26,763 bases of DNA from a virus, in IMG/VR virus record IMGVR_UViG_3300050505_000309, positions 1 to 26,763 of that record. One strand, written 5' to 3'. The number at the start of each line of letters is the position of its first letter. Within the stretch, counting starts at the first letter, position 1. The notes under the pieces are model-generated. The model was not told where the DNA came from, ran no database searches, and saw only the letters and a list, made by a program, of their open reading frames with translations. Positions 24,788 through 26,763 of this stretch are shown in pieces. A program made the translations under genes and the position numbers.

Positions 24788-24967
24788 ATGAACCCCAACG
24801 ACTACGAGATCCACCTGTACTGCATCATCTGCTGCTCCCGGATCGGATTCCTCGACCCCACGCCCAAGGACGACCAGATCGTCCGCCGCATCAGCGAGGC
24901 CCTCGAGGACCACGTGATCGCGGCCCACACGAGCCGGTCGCCGATCACGATCGAGGGACGCCGGTGA
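24788..24967 (+). CDS. Small C2H2-like protein
   Basis: Own translation MNPNDYEIHLYCIICC...EDHVIAAH; GTGA coupling downstream; not in ORF track. Confidence 0.6.
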   Translation: MNPNDYEIHLYCIICCSRIGFLDPTPKDDQIVRRISEALEDHVIAAHTSRSPITIEGRR

Positions 24968-25182
24968 GCAGCCCGATCATCGAGATCCTCCCGGTCGGCC
25001 CCGACGAACCCTCGCGCTGCTCCGTGATCGTCAACGGGCAGCACATCCGGCACGCCGTCGAGTACGCCCAGGCCCGCTTTGTGGCAACGGCCATCCGCGA
25101 TGCCTTTGAGGTCATCGGCGTGACGTCTATCCTCTCCGACATCCTGGGAGGTCCGCCGCCCAGGAAGGGATACTACACATGA
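24964..25182 (+). CDS. Hypothetical protein
   Basis: GAGGGA RBS; coupled at both ends. Confidence 0.65.
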   Translation: MSSPIIEILPVGPDEPSRCSVIVNGQHIRHAVEYAQARFVATAIRDAFEVIGVTSILSDILGGPPPRKGYYT

Positions 25183-25448
25183 GCGACTACATCGCCCAAC
25201 GGGAGCTCCCGGACGGGCGCGGCCTCTTCATCTACGAACTCCTCGGCGGCCGGGCGCGGCTCGGGATCAGTCTCCCCGGGAACAAGTCCTGGTTCGAGGA
25301 CGAATGGTGATTCGATTCCCCCGTGGCGGCGGTCGTCGCCATGGCAGCCTGGGACGGGACCGGGGAACCGTCCGGCTGGATGCGCCATCCCCGTAGCGGT
25401 CGCCGCCGACCCGGCGGTGATCCCACACAGGAGTACGTCAGGAAATGA
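25179..25448 (+). CDS. 89-aa protein with in-frame TGA at codon 44 (candidate selenoprotein or readthrough gene)
   Basis: MSDYIAQRELPDG...FEDEW*FDSPVAAVVAMAAWDGTGEPSGWMRHPRSGRRRPGGDPTQEYVRK; ATGA coupling at both ends; not in ORF track. Confidence 0.7.
25321..25344 (+). promoter_or_regulatory. Bacterial SECIS-like hairpin
   Basis: CCGTGGCGGC-GGTC-GTCGCCATGG: 10-bp stem (two G-U pairs) and GGUC loop starting 20 nt after the TGA at 25308-25310. Confidence 0.55.
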
Positions 25449-25705
25449 TCGAGACCGTTCGCAAGCCCCCGCAGATCGCACTCGGATCCGCCAACAGCAC
25501 GGCGTGGCTGTTCTCTGAACGGAACGGCACGCCGTGGCACGCCGCCCTCTCGATCCACCCCGATGGGTCGGGCTCCCTCACCGTCTACAGCCACAGCGGT
25601 ACCGACAAGGTCCGCCCGGAGGGCAGCGTCGGCTTCGACCGCGCGGGCGCGCAGGCCCTCCTCACCGTGTTGAAGTCGCATCTCGAATCACAGGCCCAGG
25701 CATGA
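25445..25705 (+). CDS. Hypothetical protein
   Basis: AGGAG RBS, coupled. Confidence 0.65.
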   Translation: MIETVRKPPQIALGSANSTAWLFSERNGTPWHAALSIHPDGSGSLTVYSHSGTDKVRPEGSVGFDRAGAQALLTVLKSHLESQAQA

Positions 25706-25932
25706 CGATCGTTCGATGGGACTACTCAGACGGGAGGAAGGCGAGCATGGTCGCTGACGGCATCGAGTTCGAGGTAGAAGGCAAGTGGCACGAGCCCTAC
25801 ATCAAAGGCTTCTGTGTCGGCTGCAAGCAGTTCGACGTGTTTCTCTCGCAGATCAAACCCGATCGCTGGCGGTGCGATCCCTGCCGCACAGCCGAGTCAA
25901 CACTACCCACAGCCGAGGAGAAGAAGTCGTGA
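25702..25932 (+). CDS. Hypothetical protein with two CxxC
   Basis: CVGC...CDPC; coupled. Confidence 0.65.
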   Translation: MTIVRWDYSDGRKASMVADGIEFEVEGKWHEPYIKGFCVGCKQFDVFLSQIKPDRWRCDPCRTAESTLPTAEEKKS

Positions 25933-26763
25933 CCACACGCCTCAAGGACTGGCTCGAGATCAGCACGACCGGATTCGCCCAGCGGCAAGCCGATCGCAAG
26001 CCCGAGCATCTGCTCAAGGAAGTGATCCAGAACGCGCTGGATGCCACCGAGGAGGTCGGCAGCACCGTCAAGATCTGGATCCGCCCCGCCAAGCTCCAGC
26101 GCAAGAACGTGGTGGAGCTCATCGTCGAGGACAACGGCCCCGGCATCGACGATCCCGCCAATCTCCGGACCGTGTTCTCCACCGGCAAGACCGACAGCTT
26201 CCTCCTGCGCGGTCGGCTTGGGCAAGGTTTTAAGGAGATCCTCTGCCTCTGCCTCAAGGCCGACATCGCCTCCCGCGATCACAGGATGCGGTTCTTCGTC
26301 GAGAAGGGCGAGCGGGTGTGCGACGTCGATTCCTCCCCGAAGGCCTCGCAGGGAGTTGGCTACTTCCCCGGCACGTCGGTCGCCATGTGGATGCCCTGGC
26401 CCCTCGACAGCATCCCGGCCCTTGTCCAGTACGTCGGGAGTCTGATCATCCCCGAAGGCCGCCAGGTCTGGCTCAACGACCAGCGCCTCGGCGAGCGCAA
26501 GGCCGAGTACACCATCGACGTCACCCTCAAGACCGAATTGTTCCAGGACGGCAAGTGGGTCCGCCGCGAGCGGCCCGGGAAGGTCGAGTTGGTCAAGCCA
26601 CTCTTCACCGAGATCAAGGAAGAGCCGATGATCTTCGAGATGGGGATCCCCGTCCAGGACATCGAGTGGACCCAGCCCTACCACGTCAACGTCCTGATGC
26701 GCATCCCGATGAACCCCCGGCGGGACGCCGTGGCCGCCGGCTACCTGAAAGACGTGTACCGGC
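25929..26763 (+). CDS. GHKL (Bergerat-fold) ATPase, runs off window end
   Basis: Own translation from GTG 25929: KEVIQNALDA (N box), EDNGPGI (G1), RGRLGQGFKE (G2), FPGT (G3). Confidence 0.85.
   Translation, partial: MTTRLKDWLEISTTGFAQRQADRKPEHLLKEVIQNALDATEEVGSTVKIWIRPAKLQRKNVVELIVEDNGPGIDDPANLRTVFSTGKTDSFLLRGRLGQGFKEILCLCLKADIASRDHRMRFFVEKGERVCDVDSSPKASQGVGYFPGTSVAMWMPWPLDSIPALVQYVGSLIIPEGRQVWLNDQRLGERKAEYTIDVTLKTELFQDGKWVRRERPGKVELVKPLFTEIKEEPMIFEMGIPVQDIEWTQPYHVNVLMRIPMNPRRDAVAAGYLKDVYR

Noticed and set aside
1-26763. Genome-wide TGA reassignment as the explanation for the in-frame TGA
   Set aside because: Dozens of genes end in TGA within ATGA, GTGA or TGATG couplings, so TGA is the main stop codon here.

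Overview
A very GC-rich, gene-dense window that looks like the early/accessory region of a large uncultured bacteriophage or phage-like element. I saw no capsid, terminase, integrase, rRNA, tRNA or CRISPR. Six small minus-strand genes (1-1787) and about 65 mostly tiny, translationally coupled plus-strand genes (2740-end) diverge from a ~950 bp non-coding control region. That region holds operator repeats, a sigma70-like and a sigma54-like promoter, three 22-bp-spaced palindromes, a parS-like site and a C-to-G skew switch. Recognisable products: a ribbon-helix-helix regulator, a SEC-C protein, an antisense HNH endonuclease, a Ycf46-like AAA ATPase with DUF1257-, DUF2997- and DUF3150-like partners, two DUF6878-like and one DUF6915-like protein, Ku, an ATP-dependent DNA ligase, a SWIM protein, a YkgJ-like protein and a GHKL ATPase cut by the window end. 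Top observations: (1) a gene at 25179-25448 with an in-frame TGA followed by a SECIS-like hairpin (candidate phage selenoprotein); (2) the peptide LRPGRSFE[VI] shared by three unrelated proteins; (3) an AAA domain with Walker B before Walker A; (4) about 15 copies of a TCTGR-N3-YCAGA palindrome at gene boundaries. All family names come from motif recognition by eye, not from database searches.
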